Source: a virus (lineage: Duplodnaviria > Caudoviricetes). From it: 36,635 nucleotides of DNA. Positions within the stretch are counted from its first letter, which is position 1; every line of letters starts with the position of its first letter. Made by a program: the position numbers and the translations under genes. Shown piece after piece: positions 35,143 through 36,635 of the stretch. The notes below the pieces were generated by a model that saw only the letters and a list, made by a program, of their open reading frames with translations, did no database searches and was not told the origin of the DNA. Location of the stretch: positions 1 to 36,635 of the IMG/VR virus record IMGVR_UViG_3300046387_000715; one strand, given 5' to 3'.

Positions 35143-35409
35143 ATGAGCGATCAAAGCATTACCCTTTCAGAAAGCCAACTGGACACACTGGTCGCAAAGT
35201 CGGCTCATATCGGGGCAAAGCAAGCTTTGGCTGATCTCGGTTTACATGATGAAAATGCAGCAACCGATATTCGAGAAATTCGCAGCATTCTTGATGGTTA
35301 TAGAATAGCGAAAAGTGGTTTTTTGAGCGCTTTTGGCAAGGCTTTAGCTGTCTGTGTCTTGGCGATTATTGGGTTCGGTATTTACCTCGGAGGGGGTTTA
35401 AATGAGTGA
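35143..35409 (+). CDS. DUF6127-like membrane protein, putative holin
   Basis: GAKQALADLGLHDENAATDIREIRSILD plus C-terminal TM; overlaps the lysozyme gene. Confidence 0.65.
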   Translation: MSDQSITLSESQLDTLVAKSAHIGAKQALADLGLHDENAATDIREIRSILDGYRIAKSGFLSAFGKALAVCVLAIIGFGIYLGGGLNE

Positions 35410-35938
35410 TGAAGTTTGGAAAAGAGCGGCTGATCACGTCCTTAAAGTGGAGGGAGGCTATGTTGACGATCCTAATGACGCGGGTGGTGCTACTAATTGG
35501 GGCATATCATTACGCTTTGTAAAGCAGTCAGGCGTTGACCTCGACATTGATGGCGATGGTGACATCGATGCAGAAGACATGAAGGCTTTGACAAAAAAAC
35601 AAGCCCTCAAGGTTTACAAGGCGCACTTTTGGGACGGGAAAGCATACCCGAAAATGAAACACGCCGAAGTCGCGATTAAATGCTTTGATATGGCGGTAAA
35701 TATGGGGCCAAAGCAAGCCAACAAACTCGCCCAACGTGCAGCCAATGATTGCGGCGAAAAGCTTGTTGTTGATGGTGCGATTGGCCCAGCATCAATTGCT
35801 GCGATGAACTGGATCGATGAGGGTTCGATGATGAACGCATTGCGAAATCGACAGGCCGATTTTTACCGCGATCTGGTTGTCAGAAAACCGTCATATAAAA
35901 AGTTTTTGAAAGGATGGCTTAACAGAGCGGCTTTATAA
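35402..35938 (+). CDS. endolysin, glycoside hydrolase family 108 with PG-binding C-terminus
   Basis: EGGYVDDPNDAGGATNWGIS, FDMAVNMG, VDGAIGP and FLKGWLNR motifs. Confidence 0.93.
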   Translation: MSDEVWKRAADHVLKVEGGYVDDPNDAGGATNWGISLRFVKQSGVDLDIDGDGDIDAEDMKALTKKQALKVYKAHFWDGKAYPKMKHAEVAIKCFDMAVNMGPKQANKLAQRAANDCGEKLVVDGAIGPASIAAMNWIDEGSMMNALRNRQADFYRDLVVRKPSYKKFLKGWLNRAAL

Positions 35939-36023
35939 GCGCAGAGACGCTGCCACGCTCGCATAGAGGCCCACTGAGGCGCTAAATGCTTGCAAACGCC
36001 CCATCAGTCGCGGGGTGAATAAA

Positions 36024-36203
36024 ATGATCTGTGCGATAACCTCAGTGGCCTTTGGTATGTACCCGTTCGGGGTGATGTATAAGGCTTGTATTTATAGATG
36101 TCCGATTGAGAAATCGGCGTTTTATTATCATTATCCAAAAGTCATCAGAACTTCGCCCGAAGGGCCGTGTCCCGCCTATATGATCGTGGGGCGCTCAGTA
36201 TGA
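36024..36203 (+). CDS. small four-Cys protein, paralog of 3043-3216
   Basis: MICAITSVAFGMYPFGVMYKACIYRCP...CPAYMIVGRSV. Confidence 0.85.
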   Translation: MICAITSVAFGMYPFGVMYKACIYRCPIEKSAFYYHYPKVIRTSPEGPCPAYMIVGRSV

Positions 36204-36635
36204 TTGACCCATTTACAGCGCTGGCGGCTGTGAAGTCTGCGGTTTCTGCGGGTCAGGAATTGGTAAACGTTACTAAGCAGATAGGCGAGTTTTTTGATGG
36301 AGTGGACGATCTACGCGCCGCTCATGAAAAAAAGAAAAACAGCCTTTTTTCTGGGTCAGATGAAAACGCAATGGAAACCTTTGTAAATTTACAAAGGGCC
36401 AAGGACGCCGAAGAAGAACTGCGTCAGATCGTAATTGCAACCAGAGGTTTTAGCGCTTGGGGTGAGCTTCAAGCCATAAGAGTTCAGGCAAGAAAAGATC
36501 GAAAGGCAAAAATTGAGGCCGAAAGAAAGCGTAAGGCAAAAATGATTGAGCGCATCGTGCTTTATGGCGGTGCAGTCATAATCGTTTCAATCATGATTGG
36601 GATCACCATTGTCATAATTTTAGCAAAGCAGGGGC
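36200..36635 (+). CDS. paralog of 3213-3656 (runs off the window end)
   Basis: MIDPFTALAAVKSAVSAGQELV...ILAKQG; 8 amino-acid differences in 145 by my alignment. Confidence 0.9.
   Translation, partial: MIDPFTALAAVKSAVSAGQELVNVTKQIGEFFDGVDDLRAAHEKKKNSLFSGSDENAMETFVNLQRAKDAEEELRQIVIATRGFSAWGELQAIRVQARKDRKAKIEAERKRKAKMIERIVLYGGAVIIVSIMIGITIVIILAKQG

Noticed and set aside
35939-36014. GC-rich intergenic stretch as a tRNA or ncRNA
   Set aside because: No cloverleaf or T-loop, and no convincing long stem found.
36024-36635. Terminal redundancy or circular overlap with 3043-3656
   Set aside because: The copies differ at many synonymous sites and have different upstream genes; a terminal repeat would be identical and lie at the window start.

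Overview
Most of a tailed dsDNA phage genome (siphovirus-like, HK97-type head with a GTA-like terminase). The likely host is an alphaproteobacterium, inferred from strong GANTC avoidance and the gene content. From left to right: (1) tape measure and distal tail genes, lysis cassette 1 (holin-like proteins, GH19 endolysin) and an FkbM methyltransferase (1-5.9 kb, +); (2) a leftward early block of small HTH proteins, SleB hydrolase, DUF932, NinB-like protein, SSB, Erf and Gp157, with a rightward RusA inside it (6.0-14.3 kb); (3) a Cro-like gene and a replication initiator with iterons (14.3-15.9 kb); (4) a four-gene DNA hypermodification cluster (FkbM methyltransferase, ParB-like, TET/JBP dioxygenase, glycosyltransferase) directly before terS/terL; (5) an extended portal with a dnaX-like slippery site exactly at the portal/extension boundary; (6) an inverted island of six small genes joined by repeated hairpin/RBS units; (7) a MuF-metallopeptidase fusion with a candidate immunity gene; (8) protease and capsid, a displaced tail-tip module and lysis cassette 2 (GH108), ending in a diverged duplicate of a two-gene module also found at 3.0-3.7 kb. 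I saw no integrase, CI repressor, DNA polymerase, C5-methyltransferase, tRNA or CRISPR. Neck and tail-tube genes are absent from the window. All family assignments come from reading motifs by eye, not from database searches.
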